Counted from the stretch's first letter, positions 18,022 to 28,217 are shown. The stretch is DNA of 32,000 nucleotides from Methanocella conradii HZ254 (GCF_000251105.1 NC_017034.1:505350-537349), one strand, 5' to 3'. Notes: a model not told the origin generated them from the sequence alone. A program made the numbers and translations.

Positions 18022-19908
18022 TTATTTCTTGAGCTCCGCCATGACCTCTTCTTTGAGTATGCGGCTGATTAGCTTGCCGTCGGCCTTTCCCCGCAGCTTC
18101 GACATGGCAAGCCCCATCAAGCCGCTCTGAGAAGCCTCGCCCTTCTCCCTGACGAAGTCCTTTTTGGACTGCACGATCTCGTGGATGACTGCCCTTACCT
18201 CGCCTTCGCTTATGCCGCCCAGGCCCAGCTTTTTGACGGCCTCTTCTATGGAGGCTCCGCGGGCCATCTCGGCGAGCACCTTAGGTATTGCTTCCTTAGC
18301 TATCCTGCCTTCGGACAGGCACTTAAAAAGCTGCTTATAGTGCTCCCCCGTCAGGCTCTCCACGGGCACGCCCTCCCGCCTCAGCTCGACCGTGGTGCCG
18401 AGCATCGTCCTGGCGACGAGCGTGGCATTGCCATAAGACCGGGCAATCTCCTCGAACTCCTGGCTCACGGTGGAGTAGGCGATGCCGCCGGCGAGCTCCT
18501 CATTCAGGCCGTACTCCCTCATGAGCCGGGCTTTCTTCTCGGGCAGCGTCTCGGGCAGCTCCTTCCTGAGTTTTTCGAGGAATTCTGGCGTAATCTCCAC
18601 GGGCGGCACGTCGGTCTCAGGGTACATGCGGGCCCTTCCAGGAAGAGGCCTCATGTACTCAGTGCTCCCGTTAGGCAGGGCACCCCTTGTCTCCTCTGGC
18701 ACGCCTATCAGGGCTTCCCTCGCCCTAGCCTTGACCGCCTCCACGGCCCTCTCCGCCTTCTCCCTTGAGTCTGCCACCATGACGAAGGCGTCGCCCGCGC
18801 CAAGGCCCAGCCTCGCCGAAACTGCGTCCACCTCTTCCTGCGTAATGCCATATCCGGGCAGCTCATCTATATGGAATATCCCCCCAACGCCCGCCGCCCT
18901 CTTCGCACGGTCAGAAAGCTCCGAGCCAAGGCGTCGGCCAGGCTGTATCTCCCTGCCCACAAGCCCCCTGAAGCCTCGCAGCCTCACAGCCATGGCGATG
19001 CCGCCAGAGGATATAGCTTTTTTAATCACCTTCGAGCCCGTATTTCTGAAAACATCTGTTATGTCGAAGGCCTCGTCGTCCACACTGGCACCCCTCGCCA
19101 CCAGCTCATCCCTTATGGCAAGCAGGTTTACCTGCCTCAACGCCTCGCTCTCCACCGCCTGCTCGACAAGGTCCAGGGTTTGCACGCCCTTTATCTCTAC
19201 GCGGGCGCCCCTGGCTATGGAGACGTTCACGTCCTGCCTTATGGTGCCCAGGCCGCGCTTCACCTCCGGCAGGCTCCTCAACAGGGTGCCTATGTGCAGC
19301 GCCACCTCCCTGGCCTGGGCGGGGGTGCGGATATCGGGCGCGGTGGCTATCTCGATCAAAGGGATGCCCAGCCTATCCAATGAGTATACGATTGCGTCGC
19401 CCTTCGCCTCAACCCTGGATGCGGCGTCCTCCTCCAAACATAAAGTATCAACGCCCACCCGGCCCGAGGCGGTCTCGACGTGGCCTCCAGAGGCGACAAA
19501 GCAGGTGCGCTGAAAACCAGTCGTGTTAGAGCCGTCCACCACTATCTTACGCATGGTGAAGGCCTCGTCCACCGGTTTCATATTAAGCATCAGCGCCGCC
19601 TTGAGGGCCACGGATAGCGCCTCCATGTTCAAGGGCCTCGGAGGCTCCTCGTCGTTCTCGACGAGGCACGTCGTGTCATAGGCCTTATATATAAACCTCT
19701 TTTTGGCCATTGCCTGCTCCGCCGCGGCCCTGTCCACCTCCCCGAGCTCGCTCTCCCTCGCCCTCAAGTACCTGAAAAACTCGAAATTCGACTCTCTCAC
19801 ATCCCTGTCCCGGGGCGGGCAGTAGCAGTACAGCTTGTGCCTTGTGGCAAGCTGCTGGTGTATCTCGAGCCCGGCCTTCAGCCCCAGCGCTGCGTAATCC
19901 AGGCTCAT
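18022..19908 (-). CDS. gatE: Glutamyl-tRNA(Gln) amidotransferase subunit E
   Basis: [20 protein letters not shown] is the characteristic GatE N-terminus, and the protein is about 628 aa. The ORF track starts at a GTG at 19923. I prefer the ATG at 19908, which overlaps the gatD stop as ATGA. Confidence 0.9.
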   Translation of the reverse strand: MSLDYAALGLKAGLEIHQQLATRHKLYCYCPPRDRDVRESNFEFFRYLRARESELGEVDRAAAEQAMAKKRFIYKAYDTTCLVENDEEPPRPLNMEALSVALKAALMLNMKPVDEAFTMRKIVVDGSNTTGFQRTCFVASGGHVETASGRVGVDTLCLEEDAASRVEAKGDAIVYSLDRLGIPLIEIATAPDIRTPAQAREVALHIGTLLRSLPEVKRGLGTIRQDVNVSIARGARVEIKGVQTLDLVEQAVESEALRQVNLLAIRDELVARGASVDDEAFDITDVFRNTGSKVIKKAISSGGIAMAVRLRGFRGLVGREIQPGRRLGSELSDRAKRAAGVGGIFHIDELPGYGITQEEVDAVSARLGLGAGDAFVMVADSREKAERAVEAVKARAREALIGVPEETRGALPNGSTEYMRPLPGRARMYPETDVPPVEITPEFLEKLRKELPETLPEKKARLMREYGLNEELAGGIAYSTVSQEFEEIARSYGNATLVARTMLGTTVELRREGVPVESLTGEHYKQLFKCLSEGRIAKEAIPKVLAEMARGASIEEAVKKLGLGGISEGEVRAVIHEIVQSKKDFVREKGEASQSGLMGLAMSKLRGKADGKLISRILKEEVMAELKK

Positions 19909-21146
19909 ATCGTGGACCTCCACTCTATCTCTCCCGCATAGACCGTTTTCATCATCCTCTTAGCCTCCTCGGCGTCCCTGGCTTGCCCGAGCGCCCACAT
20001 GAGCTTGACCAGGGCAGTCTCGGGCAGCATGTCCTCCCCTTCGACCACGCCGGCCTTCAGGAGGTCGATGCCCGTCGAGTACACCCGGTCGCATATCCTG
20101 CCATTCATGCACTGGGAGGCCATCACGAAAACCATGCCTGCATCCGTTGCCTTCTTGATAACTGGTATCCATTTCGTGCTCACGTGGCCCAGGCCGGTGC
20201 CCTCCAGCACTATGCCCCTGTAGCCCTTTTCCATATAATATTCTATGATATCCGGGGACATGCCCGGGTAGAACTTGACGAGGGCACACCTGGCCTCCAT
20301 GTTGTCCATTAGTTTTAATTCCTGCTCGCCCCGCTTCGTGTAGCCCGTTATGGGCGTAATCTTCCTGGTAGCATAGTCGACTTTGGCGATTGGGGGCACG
20401 TTCACGCTCTGGAACGCAGTCCTCATGGAAGTGTGGAGCTTACGGACCTTGGTGCCCCTGTGCACGTAGCAATAATCGTCAGAAGTGGCGCCATGCATGA
20501 CCACTGTGACGCCGGCTATGTCTGACTTAGCCACTTCAGCGGCGCAGAGCATGTTCATGGCGTTGTCGCTTGAAGGCCGGTCTGAAGACCTCTGGGCCCC
20601 GACGAGCACTATTGGAACAGGCGTTCTTATCATAAAGGAGAGCGCCGCTGCAGTATAGCCCATCGTATCCGTCCCATGCGTCACTATGACGCCATCCGCC
20701 CCATTCTTTATCTCCTCGTAGGCAGCCCTGGCGAGGCTCTGCCAGGTCGAGGCCTCCATGTCCTCGCTGAATATCATGCTCAAGACCCTGCCCTTGAAGT
20801 TGGCCATCTCCTCGAGCTCCGGTATGGCGTCCAGGATGTCGTCGGCGGTGAACTGGCTCGAGACGGCCCCTGTCCTGTAGTCCACCCGGCTCGCTATTGT
20901 CCCGCCCGTAGATAATATTGAGATGCTCGGCAGCCCTGGCCTATGGGGGTGCTCCCTTCGGGCGGGCTTGGGGGGCTGGGGCGCGCGCTCAAGCAGCTCG
21001 ACTTTCGTGCCATCGAGCGACAATCCCACGTTGTAGCCGCTCTTGAGCTTTAGCACTATCTTATCCGTCCTGGAGGGCATCACTATTCCCGTGTACTCCC
21101 TCCCCTCCTTAACGACCCTTACAATGTCCCCTTCTTTATAATCCAT
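19905..21146 (-). CDS. gatD: Glutamyl-tRNA(Gln) amidotransferase subunit D (asparaginase-like)
   Basis: From the ATG at 21146 the protein reads [12 protein letters not shown].... It has the asparaginase-type motifs [10 protein letters not shown] and [17 protein letters not shown]. The longer track ORF (to 21257) would overlap argH by over 100 nt. Confidence 0.9.
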   Translation of the reverse strand: MDYKEGDIVRVVKEGREYTGIVMPSRTDKIVLKLKSGYNVGLSLDGTKVELLERAPQPPKPARREHPHRPGLPSISILSTGGTIASRVDYRTGAVSSQFTADDILDAIPELEEMANFKGRVLSMIFSEDMEASTWQSLARAAYEEIKNGADGVIVTHGTDTMGYTAAALSFMIRTPVPIVLVGAQRSSDRPSSDNAMNMLCAAEVAKSDIAGVTVVMHGATSDDYCYVHRGTKVRKLHTSMRTAFQSVNVPPIAKVDYATRKITPITGYTKRGEQELKLMDNMEARCALVKFYPGMSPDIIEYYMEKGYRGIVLEGTGLGHVSTKWIPVIKKATDAGMVFVMASQCMNGRICDRVYSTGIDLLKAGVVEGEDMLPETALVKLMWALGQARDAEEAKRMMKTVYAGEIEWRSTI

Positions 21147-22638
21147 GATGCGCCTCCAACACGATTTCATCGACAATCCTGGATAGCTCGCCGCTTGCCT
21201 CGTCCAGCTTCTCCCTGAGGGCGGCCAGCGCCTTCTCATCTGCCTTAAGCCTTGCATTTTCCGCCGCGAGCTTCTTTCTTATGGCGGACTTCGCAGGGCC
21301 TCCAAGTATCTTCCTGCGCTCTACGTTCTTCATGGGGTCCTTGGCCTCTTCGAGCATTTCTTCGGTTAGACCCATGTCGCTGAGCTTCCTCCCTATCATG
21401 GCCATCGAGGCCTCGTCCACGTCATCTAGAGAGGGATCGCCGCCGCCCCTTGCCAGGCGCCCCACGATGCCGTGGGCGGTCCTGAATGGCAGCCCGGTCG
21501 CCCTGACTATTGTGTCCGCTATCTCCGTTGCCGTGGTGAATCCCATCGTGCTCTTCCTCGCCATCTCATCCCTATTTACTTTAAGCGTGCTCACCGCCCC
21601 GGCCAGTATTCTCGTAGATGACCGGCTTATCTCGAATGAGCGCAATAGCTGGGGCGTGACCTCTTGAAGGTCGCTATTATAGCTATAAGGAAGCCCCTTT
21701 ACTATGGTGAAAGCTGAGACCATGTGGCCTATCACGGTGCCGCACCTGCCCCTTACAAGCTCTAATACGTCCGGGTTCTTTTTCTGGGGCATTATCGAGC
21801 TAGTCGAGGCGTAGGCGTCGTCGAGCTCCACGAAGCCGAACTCTGGCGTGCTCCACAGGACGAGCTCGTCGGCCAGCCGGCTCAAATCCGTCTCCAGGAT
21901 GGCGATTGCGCTCAGCGTAGTTAAGATGAAGTCCCTGGATGAGACGCCGTCCATGGAGTTGTCCATGGGCCTGTCGAAGCCCAGCAGCCTCGTCGTATAT
22001 TCCCTGTCTAATGGGAAGCCCGTTGAGGCAAAGGCTGCGCTTCCTAATGGATTAAGGTTAACATACTTGTAGGCGTCCAGAAGGCGCTCGAAGTCCCTGT
22101 CCATGGCGGAGGCGTGCGCCATTAAATGGTGTGCGAGCGTGGTGGGCTGGGCATGCTGTAAATGAGTAAAGCCCGGCATCACCGTGTCGACGTTGTCTTC
22201 GGCGAGCCTTACAATTGCACTTCGTAATTCCAGCAGGTCTGTCATCAGGCCTAAAAGCTCATTTCGTGCAGAGATGCGGATGCAGGTCGCCACCTCGTCA
22301 TTGCGGGAGCGCCCCGAGTGCATCCTTCCGCCCACGCCCTCGCCAACCCGCTTTATCAGCCTTGACTCGATGGCCATGTGGACGTCCTCGAATTGCTCGA
22401 TGTGCACGCTGTCCACTCCTTCTGCCTCTATCTCGCCAATGGCTTTCAGTATAGAGGCAGCATCCTTTTTTTCTATGACCCCCTGCTTCGCCAGCATTGC
22501 CGTATGGGCCTTATCGACCATAATGTCCGATGGGAAAATCCACCGGTCAGCCTGCAACGAGGAAGTAAAAGCGTTGATTTCCTCGCTTTTTGCGGCGGAA
22601 AGCCTGCCCCTCCGCAGTATGTCCTCTTTGTTATCCAT
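21136..22638 (-). CDS. argH: Argininosuccinate lyase
   Basis: The fumarate-lyase signature is [12 protein letters not shown], and [11 protein letters not shown] is also present. The first ATG is at 22638; the track ORF starts at a TTG at 22659. A C-terminal coiled-coil-like tail overlaps the gatD start by 11 nt. Confidence 0.9.
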   Translation of the reverse strand: MDNKEDILRRGRLSAAKSEEINAFTSSLQADRWIFPSDIMVDKAHTAMLAKQGVIEKKDAASILKAIGEIEAEGVDSVHIEQFEDVHMAIESRLIKRVGEGVGGRMHSGRSRNDEVATCIRISARNELLGLMTDLLELRSAIVRLAEDNVDTVMPGFTHLQHAQPTTLAHHLMAHASAMDRDFERLLDAYKYVNLNPLGSAAFASTGFPLDREYTTRLLGFDRPMDNSMDGVSSRDFILTTLSAIAILETDLSRLADELVLWSTPEFGFVELDDAYASTSSIMPQKKNPDVLELVRGRCGTVIGHMVSAFTIVKGLPYSYNSDLQEVTPQLLRSFEISRSSTRILAGAVSTLKVNRDEMARKSTMGFTTATEIADTIVRATGLPFRTAHGIVGRLARGGGDPSLDDVDEASMAMIGRKLSDMGLTEEMLEEAKDPMKNVERRKILGGPAKSAIRKKLAAENARLKADEKALAALREKLDEASGELSRIVDEIVLEAHHGL

Positions 22639-22699
22639 CGTGACGCCTCTGTTACGCAAATACTTCTAACGTCATCATATATGATTGTTTATGTGTTGG

Positions 22700-24300
22700 A
22701 TGTTTAGGACGGTGGGGTCAAGGGGCGGAGAATCCCCTTGAAACGGCGGGATGAATCCGTCCCTTGCTCTCCTGTACAAAAAGTAATAATATTTTCGGCA
22801 AGCACAGGCAAAGTATATGAACGATTGCATAATATTTTTTTTGTATGCTTGTGAGGAAGACGGTCAGGATACCCGTCCACTATGAGACTACGAAGAGCAA
22901 GCTGGACAGGCTGGGCAGGCTGACCGCCAGGCTGACCTATTGCATATCGTTAATCAACGGTCTCGTCTCCCCTGAGACGAGTCTAGACCGGAAGACGTTG
23001 CGGAGGCTGGTCAAGGATAATAATATAGCGAGAAAGACTGGCCTATCCTCCGGGTATGTTGACCAGTGTATCGACAGGGTACTGTGGGCGTGGCGGAGCT
23101 ACGAGGACAGGCACGGCGAGTGGCGGTACAGGTATGACAGGGCTTTGGAAGAACTCCAGAACGCCGGAGACGACGGGCGGGAGAAGCTTGAGAAGAGGGT
23201 CAAGAGGCTCCAGGAAAACGAGCCGTCCACTCCGGTATTCCTCCACAAGGTCTCCTGTCGATTGGATTTTCGCACCGGGAGGATAGAGCGGGGCGAGAAC
23301 TCCTTCTTGTTGTGGATGCATGTCAGCACGCTAGAGAAGGGGGAGACGATGGACGTTCCCCTGAACCCTTCTTATTATCATCTCAAGCAACTCGAAGGAG
23401 CCATGATAAGCGACTTCGAGATAATACGGAAGAACGGCAAATACTACGCTCACATATCCACGACGAGGTTCGTGGATACTAGAATAACAAGTTCCTATGG
23501 GGGCATCGACCAGGGCCTGAACAGGACGCTGGCAATCGTATTGCTGGACGAGGTGCCCCGTGAAGAGCTATTGTACGATGAGAAGCGAAACATGCTGGAC
23601 AAGTACGACGACATCATCGCCTCGCTACAATCGGCTATGGCGTCGGCGAGACACGTCGAGCCAAGGAAGCTCGTCGAATACCACAAGATGTCGAGAAAGC
23701 TCAAGCAGCTACGAGGCAAGAGGAACAACGTGTCCGTGTACCACGATTGGCTATTGGCAAACAAGGCTGCCGAATACACCGACGGCTACGACATAGCCAT
23801 TGGCAACACGAAGTTCCGGCAGACACAGTATCGTGGGAATGGTATGCCATCGCTCCGAAAGAGAATAGGCAAATGGAGCTACGGCAGGCAGAGGATATTC
23901 ATAGCCCATAAGCGGGCCGAAAGAGGATTAACCACGATGCTCGTCGATGAGAGGAACACGTCGAACACATGCCGTTGTGGGAGCAGGCTGGTCGCGAGGA
24001 AGTACCATGACGGTGCTTCGTGGCTCCTGTGCCACTCCTGTGGCTCGAAGCTCGACGCGGGCCTCAACGCGGCGTACAACATAGCTCTTCGATGCCGAGA
24101 TGACCGGCTGAAAGTGCGGATGAACGCGGCGGAGAACCGCGCGAGCGCATAACATGGGATGCCCGCCAATAAAATTGGCGGGAGGATGTCACCATGTAAT
24201 AGCAATGGTCGGGCAAGTGGTTCTTTTGCACTAGAAAAAGAAGATGTGGTGCCGAACCATCCATTAACGAATAATAAAACCCCCTCAGTCACTAGAAATC
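22700..24300 (+). mobile_element. IS200/IS605-family element lacking tnpA (IS1341-like, tnpB only); ends approximate
   Basis: The tnpB ORF is flanked by subterminal hairpins. The left side has nested stems: GGACGG/CCGTCC (22707-22762) around TCAAGGGG/CCCCTTGA (22718-22741). The right side has the perfect 9-bp stem CCCGCCAAT/ATTGGCGGG (24162-24182). No Y1 transposase ORF is present. Confidence 0.6.
22845..24152 (+). CDS. tnpB: TnpB-like (IS605 OrfB family) RuvC/zinc-finger protein; RuvC-II Glu position is Gly
   Basis: 435 aa. RuvC-I is GGIDQGLN (D222). The zinc finger is CRCG...CHSCG. RuvC-III is KLDAGLNAAYNI (D404). The expected I-x-I-E-D/N-L motif reads DIAIGNT (G320, codon GGC at 23802-23804). 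Confidence 0.8.
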   Translation: MLVRKTVRIPVHYETTKSKLDRLGRLTARLTYCISLINGLVSPETSLDRKTLRRLVKDNNIARKTGLSSGYVDQCIDRVLWAWRSYEDRHGEWRYRYDRALEELQNAGDDGREKLEKRVKRLQENEPSTPVFLHKVSCRLDFRTGRIERGENSFLLWMHVSTLEKGETMDVPLNPSYYHLKQLEGAMISDFEIIRKNGKYYAHISTTRFVDTRITSSYGGIDQGLNRTLAIVLLDEVPREELLYDEKRNMLDKYDDIIASLQSAMASARHVEPRKLVEYHKMSRKLKQLRGKRNNVSVYHDWLLANKAAEYTDGYDIAIGNTKFRQTQYRGNGMPSLRKRIGKWSYGRQRIFIAHKRAERGLTTMLVDERNTSNTCRCGSRLVARKYHDGASWLLCHSCGSKLDAGLNAAYNIALRCRDDRLKVRMNAAENRASA

Positions 24301-24314
24301 ACGGCAAGGCCACC

Positions 24315-24521
24315 CTATAGTTTTTTTAGCTTTTCCGCCTTTTCCATGCGGTATTTGTATGAGAAGATGAGGGAGCCGCCCAGGAGCATCGCCGAGGCCA
24401 GGATGATCAGGCCGAGCGCCAGGTAGTATTGGTGAAAGTATGAGGCCACGATGGCGCAGAGAGCGGCTATAAATGATATGGAGATGTAAGCGGTCTTTAT
24501 CGTCCTTGAATCCATTTTCAT
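24315..24521 (-). CDS. Small two-helix membrane protein, translationally coupled to purE
   Basis: 68 aa with two hydrophobic segments and a basic C-terminus. Its start overlaps the purE stop by 4 nt (24518-24521). Confidence 0.45.
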   Translation of the reverse strand: MKMDSRTIKTAYISISFIAALCAIVASYFHQYYLALGLIILASAMLLGGSLIFSYKYRMEKAEKLKKL

Positions 24522-24907
24522 GCGTTCACCTCCAGTATGCGTATGGCCAGGTGCGCCGCGTTCTCGCCATTATCGATGCCGACGCACGCCACTGGCACGC
24601 CCCTGGGCATCTGCACGATCGATAGGAGGGCGTCGAGCCCGCCTAGCTTCGCCGAGACAGGGACCCCGATGACAGGCTTATTCGTCTTTGAGGCCACCAC
24701 GCCGGGCAGGGCCGCCGATAGCCCTGCTATGGCTATGAACACCTTAGCTTCAGACTTCTTAACGTAGGCGTCCAGGTCCTCCGGGTTTCGGTGGGCCGAC
24801 AATACCTGAAGGTCGTAAGAGACGCCATTCTTTGTCAGGACGTCAACGGCCTTATCCGCGATGGCGCGGTCCGAGGCCGAGCCGAGTATGATTGCCACGT
24901 CTACCAT
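24518..24907 (-). CDS. purE: N5-carboxyaminoimidazole ribonucleotide mutase / AIR carboxylase catalytic subunit (PurE)
   Basis: Contains the PurE motifs [25 protein letters not shown] and PVIGVP. At 129 aa it is short. Confidence 0.8.
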   Translation of the reverse strand: MVDVAIILGSASDRAIADKAVDVLTKNGVSYDLQVLSAHRNPEDLDAYVKKSEAKVFIAIAGLSAALPGVVASKTNKPVIGVPVSAKLGGLDALLSIVQMPRGVPVACVGIDNGENAAHLAIRILEVNA

Positions 24908-24914
24908 GAAAGCC

Positions 24915-25097
24915 TTATATGTTGGCTGGGTACTCTTTAAACTTTTTATAGGATAACAGTATATCCAGGGAAGCCATCTCCTCGATGAGCTTCAGGAACT
25001 TTTCCCTGTCCGACTTTTTAAGGCTGATGAGCTCGTTCAGGTCTTTTGCCGTTATCATGCCTATCACTTGAAGTAGCAACCGCAATATCCCGGGCAT
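24915..25097 (-). CDS. Small hypothetical protein (start uncertain)
   Basis: 60-aa ORF; an internal Met gives [43 protein letters not shown]. It sits 7 nt upstream of purE on the same strand. No family recognised. Confidence 0.3.
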   Translation of the reverse strand: MPGILRLLLQVIGMITAKDLNELISLKKSDREKFLKLIEEMASLDILLSYKKFKEYPANI

Positions 25098-25188
25098 GAT
25101 ACAAAAACCTTCCGCTTATATTTCGATGCGGCGAAAACTACTCGATGTTTTGGAAAGGTAAATTAATTTTTAACTTATTTTATATATT

Positions 25189-26940
25189 ATGAGCGTGATT
25201 GGTGAGCTGAGGAGCCAGCGCCTCAGGAGAGTAGGCCCTGAGATAGACCCCCTGAAGATATCGATTGACTGGACCCTAGAAGATTTAGAGAAGCCGCAGG
25301 TGCTGGTGGAGGACGTATGGGGCGACGCCCTGCCCGGCAGCTATCACCTGCTGCGCCTGTCGGAGATGGCGTGCAGGGGCGTGTATGCTAGTGGGGGTAA
25401 GCCCGCGAAAATGCACGTGACTGACATGTGCGATGGCATCGCGCAGGGCACTGAGGGGATGGGCTACTCGCTATTGTCTCGCGATATAATATGTGACATG
25501 GTGGAGATACACTGGAGGGCGCAGCCGCTCGACGGCATGGTGCTCCTGTCGAGCTGCGACAAGAGCGTGCCCGCCCACCTCATGGCCATGGCGAGGCTGG
25601 GCGATGCGCCGGCGATTCATGTGCCTGGCGGCACCATGATGGAGGGGCCGGGCATGTTCACGCTGGAGCGGGTGGGGACCATCTATTCCCAGCTTAAGCG
25701 CAACGAGATATCTGAAGATGAGTATTTATTCCTGCAGAGGAGGGCCTGCCCGACGGTGGGCTGCTGCTCGTTCATGGGGACGGCAAACACGATGCAGGCC
25801 ATGTCGGAGGCCCTGGGACTGGCCATGCCCGCCTCCGCCAGCATGCCCGCCTTCATGAACGATATAAGGCAGAGCGCGGAGGCGTGCGGGCGCCGCATCG
25901 TTGAGATGATAGAGGAGGGCCTGACAACCTCTAAAATCTTGAGGCGCGAGTCTTTCGAGAACGCCATCATGGTGCACGCAGCCATTGGCGGCTCCACTAA
26001 CGCCTTGCTGCACCTTCCCGCAATAGCCCGGGAGGCGGGCATTAAAATACATCCAGGCCTGTGGAACGAGCTGAACAGAAGTGTGCCGTTTTTGCTAAAC
26101 TGCAGGCCAAGCGGGGCATACCCCGCCATCTTTTTCTGGTATGCGGGGGGCGTGCAGGGCATCATCCGGGAGATAAAAGGCCATCTTCACCTGGATGCCA
26201 TGACGGTGACCGGCAAAACGCTGGGAGAAAACCTGAAAGAGCTTGAGAATGCGAATTATTTCGATAAAGTCAGGCGGTATCTTGTCAACTATAGGGTGGA
26301 TGCTGAGGACGTCATTGCCTCCGCGAGCCGGCCAAGGGGCGAAGGGTCTATCGCCATCTTGAAGGGGAACCTGGCGCCTTCTTATGCCATGGTGAAGTAT
26401 TCCGCAGTGCCCCCGGAGATGCTCAGGCATGTGGGGCCTGCAGTCGTGTTCGAGAGCGAGAAGGAGGCGTTTGATGCAATAGTGGGCGGCAAAATAGAGA
26501 GAGGCTCGGCCATCGTAATACGGTATATGGGGCCGAGGGGCTGTGGCATGCCAGAGATGTTCTATCCTACAGAGGCGCTCGCATCGAGCCCTGAGCTTCA
26601 TAGTACAACGGCACTGGTGACCGACGGCCGCTTCTCAGGAGCCAGCCGCGGCCCATGCGTGGGGCATGTCTCCCCCGAGGCCATGGCTGGCGGGCCTATC
26701 GCCATCGTCGAAAGAAATGACCTCATCGAGATAGACATTCCGGGAAGAAGCCTCGACCTGGTGGGAGTTAATGGAAAAAGGGAAGATGCGGATACCATGG
26801 CTAAAGTAATCCGTGAGCGCCTTTCGAAATGGAAGAAGCCACCAGAGAAGTACCGTGGAGTATTGGGGCTCTACACCAGGCTGGCCGCATCTGCCATGGA
26901 GGGAGGCTACATTGATTTTGGCGCGTGCCCGGTGAGGTGA
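25189..26940 (+). CDS. IlvD/Edd family dehydratase (dihydroxy-acid / sugar-acid dehydratase-like)
   Basis: 583 aa. Family motifs are MCDGIAQGTEGMGYSL and SSCDKSVPAHLMA, followed by a C-terminal TDGRFSGASRGPCVGHVSPEA. The N-terminal ~45 aa differ from the canonical IlvD I remember, so the substrate is left open. Confidence 0.75.
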   Translation: MSVIGELRSQRLRRVGPEIDPLKISIDWTLEDLEKPQVLVEDVWGDALPGSYHLLRLSEMACRGVYASGGKPAKMHVTDMCDGIAQGTEGMGYSLLSRDIICDMVEIHWRAQPLDGMVLLSSCDKSVPAHLMAMARLGDAPAIHVPGGTMMEGPGMFTLERVGTIYSQLKRNEISEDEYLFLQRRACPTVGCCSFMGTANTMQAMSEALGLAMPASASMPAFMNDIRQSAEACGRRIVEMIEEGLTTSKILRRESFENAIMVHAAIGGSTNALLHLPAIAREAGIKIHPGLWNELNRSVPFLLNCRPSGAYPAIFFWYAGGVQGIIREIKGHLHLDAMTVTGKTLGENLKELENANYFDKVRRYLVNYRVDAEDVIASASRPRGEGSIAILKGNLAPSYAMVKYSAVPPEMLRHVGPAVVFESEKEAFDAIVGGKIERGSAIVIRYMGPRGCGMPEMFYPTEALASSPELHSTTALVTDGRFSGASRGPCVGHVSPEAMAGGPIAIVERNDLIEIDIPGRSLDLVGVNGKREDADTMAKVIRERLSKWKKPPEKYRGVLGLYTRLAASAMEGGYIDFGACPVR

Positions 26941-26965
26941 GGGCCTATCCAGGCCAAATTTTCTA

Positions 26966-28135
26966 TTATTTAGTCGTGGCAACGTACACGTTATCGGTGG
27001 TCCGGGTGATCTCTGCTGGCACGGCTGCTCCCACCGGCTTGTCGGTGAGCACCCCGATGACCCGGCCCCGCTCGACGGCGAGCATCTCCCCGAACACCCG
27101 CCCGGGCGCCACGAGCTTTAGCCTTAGCCTCTCCCCCTTCCTGAAGGCTTTAGGGAGCGATGGAGCCTTATGTATATTAAAGTCGGCCGGTGAGAGCCTG
27201 AGCTTCAATCCATACTGCTTTTCATATTCCTCAAGGCGCCTGAAAAACTCCGCGAACTTCATGGGCCTGCCCCTCACCTTTTTGCCGAACTGGTAGCGTA
27301 CATAGTTCTGGATGCCGAGCGGGGGCCATCGCTTGCCCGCCCCTATCTCCAGGCCGAACTCGATTATCCTGGGGATTTCTTCGTCGTTGAACCCCGGCAC
27401 CCAAACCGGGGCGAGCAGCAGGTCTATCTCGCTCGATGCGATAGCCCTCGCCACATCCTTCACATGCCCCACGTCATACAGATTGGTGCCTGCAAGCATG
27501 CGCGCCTTTCTGTCATCCAGCGCAGAAATCGAGAGGTTAATCCTGTCGAGAAGCCCCTCCATCTCCTTTATTTTCTCGGCGTCGAGGAGCATGCCGTTTG
27601 TCTGCACCGATATCACTTTTACCTGTGGCACCTCCCGCAGCTTCTTAAGCAGCTCCACCATGTAAGGGTAGATGAAAGGCTCCCCCTGGCCGTCGATGTG
27701 CGCCTCCACGTCGTCGCCCTTAATCTCCGCCACCTTTTTAAACTCGTCCACAAGGTAATCCGTGTCTACGATAAAATCCGTCCGCCTGCTCTTGCTAACC
27801 CCCTCGTCCACGCTACAAAAAATACAGTTCAAGTTACAGCCCGACACGGGCCGCACCTGTATCAGGTTGGTGCCGCGGTCGATGAGTCCGAAGGCCGTGT
27901 GGCCGATAAGCGGAAGCCCCGACTCCCTCGTCACGTATACGAGCTCGCGCTTCGTGTGGTGGTGCCTTAAAACCTTGGGCTCCTGCATGGACACGATCTC
28001 CTCGTCCGAGTACTTCCTCTTGAGCTGCGTGTAGAAGTTCATGGGGATGCGGGCCTCTATGGCGCCCCTTATCACGAACACCTTATAATCGCCTTCATCG
28101 TATATCTCTGAAAAGACCGCCATACCATGCACCAT
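26966..28135 (-). CDS. Radical SAM domain protein (archaeal, uncharacterised subfamily)
   Basis: 389 aa. It has the CNLNCIFC (CxxxCxxC) cluster motif early in the sequence. A C-terminal ~70-aa beta-rich extension may be OB/TRAM-like, but that is a guess. Confidence 0.7.
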   Translation of the reverse strand: MVHGMAVFSEIYDEGDYKVFVIRGAIEARIPMNFYTQLKRKYSDEEIVSMQEPKVLRHHHTKRELVYVTRESGLPLIGHTAFGLIDRGTNLIQVRPVSGCNLNCIFCSVDEGVSKSRRTDFIVDTDYLVDEFKKVAEIKGDDVEAHIDGQGEPFIYPYMVELLKKLREVPQVKVISVQTNGMLLDAEKIKEMEGLLDRINLSISALDDRKARMLAGTNLYDVGHVKDVARAIASSEIDLLLAPVWVPGFNDEEIPRIIEFGLEIGAGKRWPPLGIQNYVRYQFGKKVRGRPMKFAEFFRRLEEYEKQYGLKLRLSPADFNIHKAPSLPKAFRKGERLRLKLVAPGRVFGEMLAVERGRVIGVLTDKPVGAAVPAEITRTTDNVYVATTK

Positions 28136-28217
28136 TGAGGCTTATGGCAGAAAAACATTTTCTAAATGCATTGATAGCCCTTCTTGAATAATAGAGACCC
28201 TCAGTCATTTTTATGTT

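Noticed and set aside
18482-19513. Long antisense or out-of-frame ORFs lie inside GC-rich genes. Examples are the 343-aa ORF opposite gatE, 5611..6156 and 5643..6257 opposite dnaG, 2786..3508 opposite the CDF gene, and 7648..8238 opposite the CHAT gene.
   Set aside because: Each is fully embedded in a gene with clear family motifs on the other strand or frame, and shows low-complexity Ser/Ala/Arg/Pro bias typical of shadow ORFs in high-GC coding DNA.
21147-21257. The track shows N-terminal extensions of gatD (to 21257), argH (TTG at 22659) and gatE (GTG at 19923).
   Set aside because: The extensions are Arg/Trp-rich or overlap the upstream gene extensively. Internal ATGs give N-termini matching the conserved family starts ([31 protein letters not shown]) and tidy stop/start overlaps.
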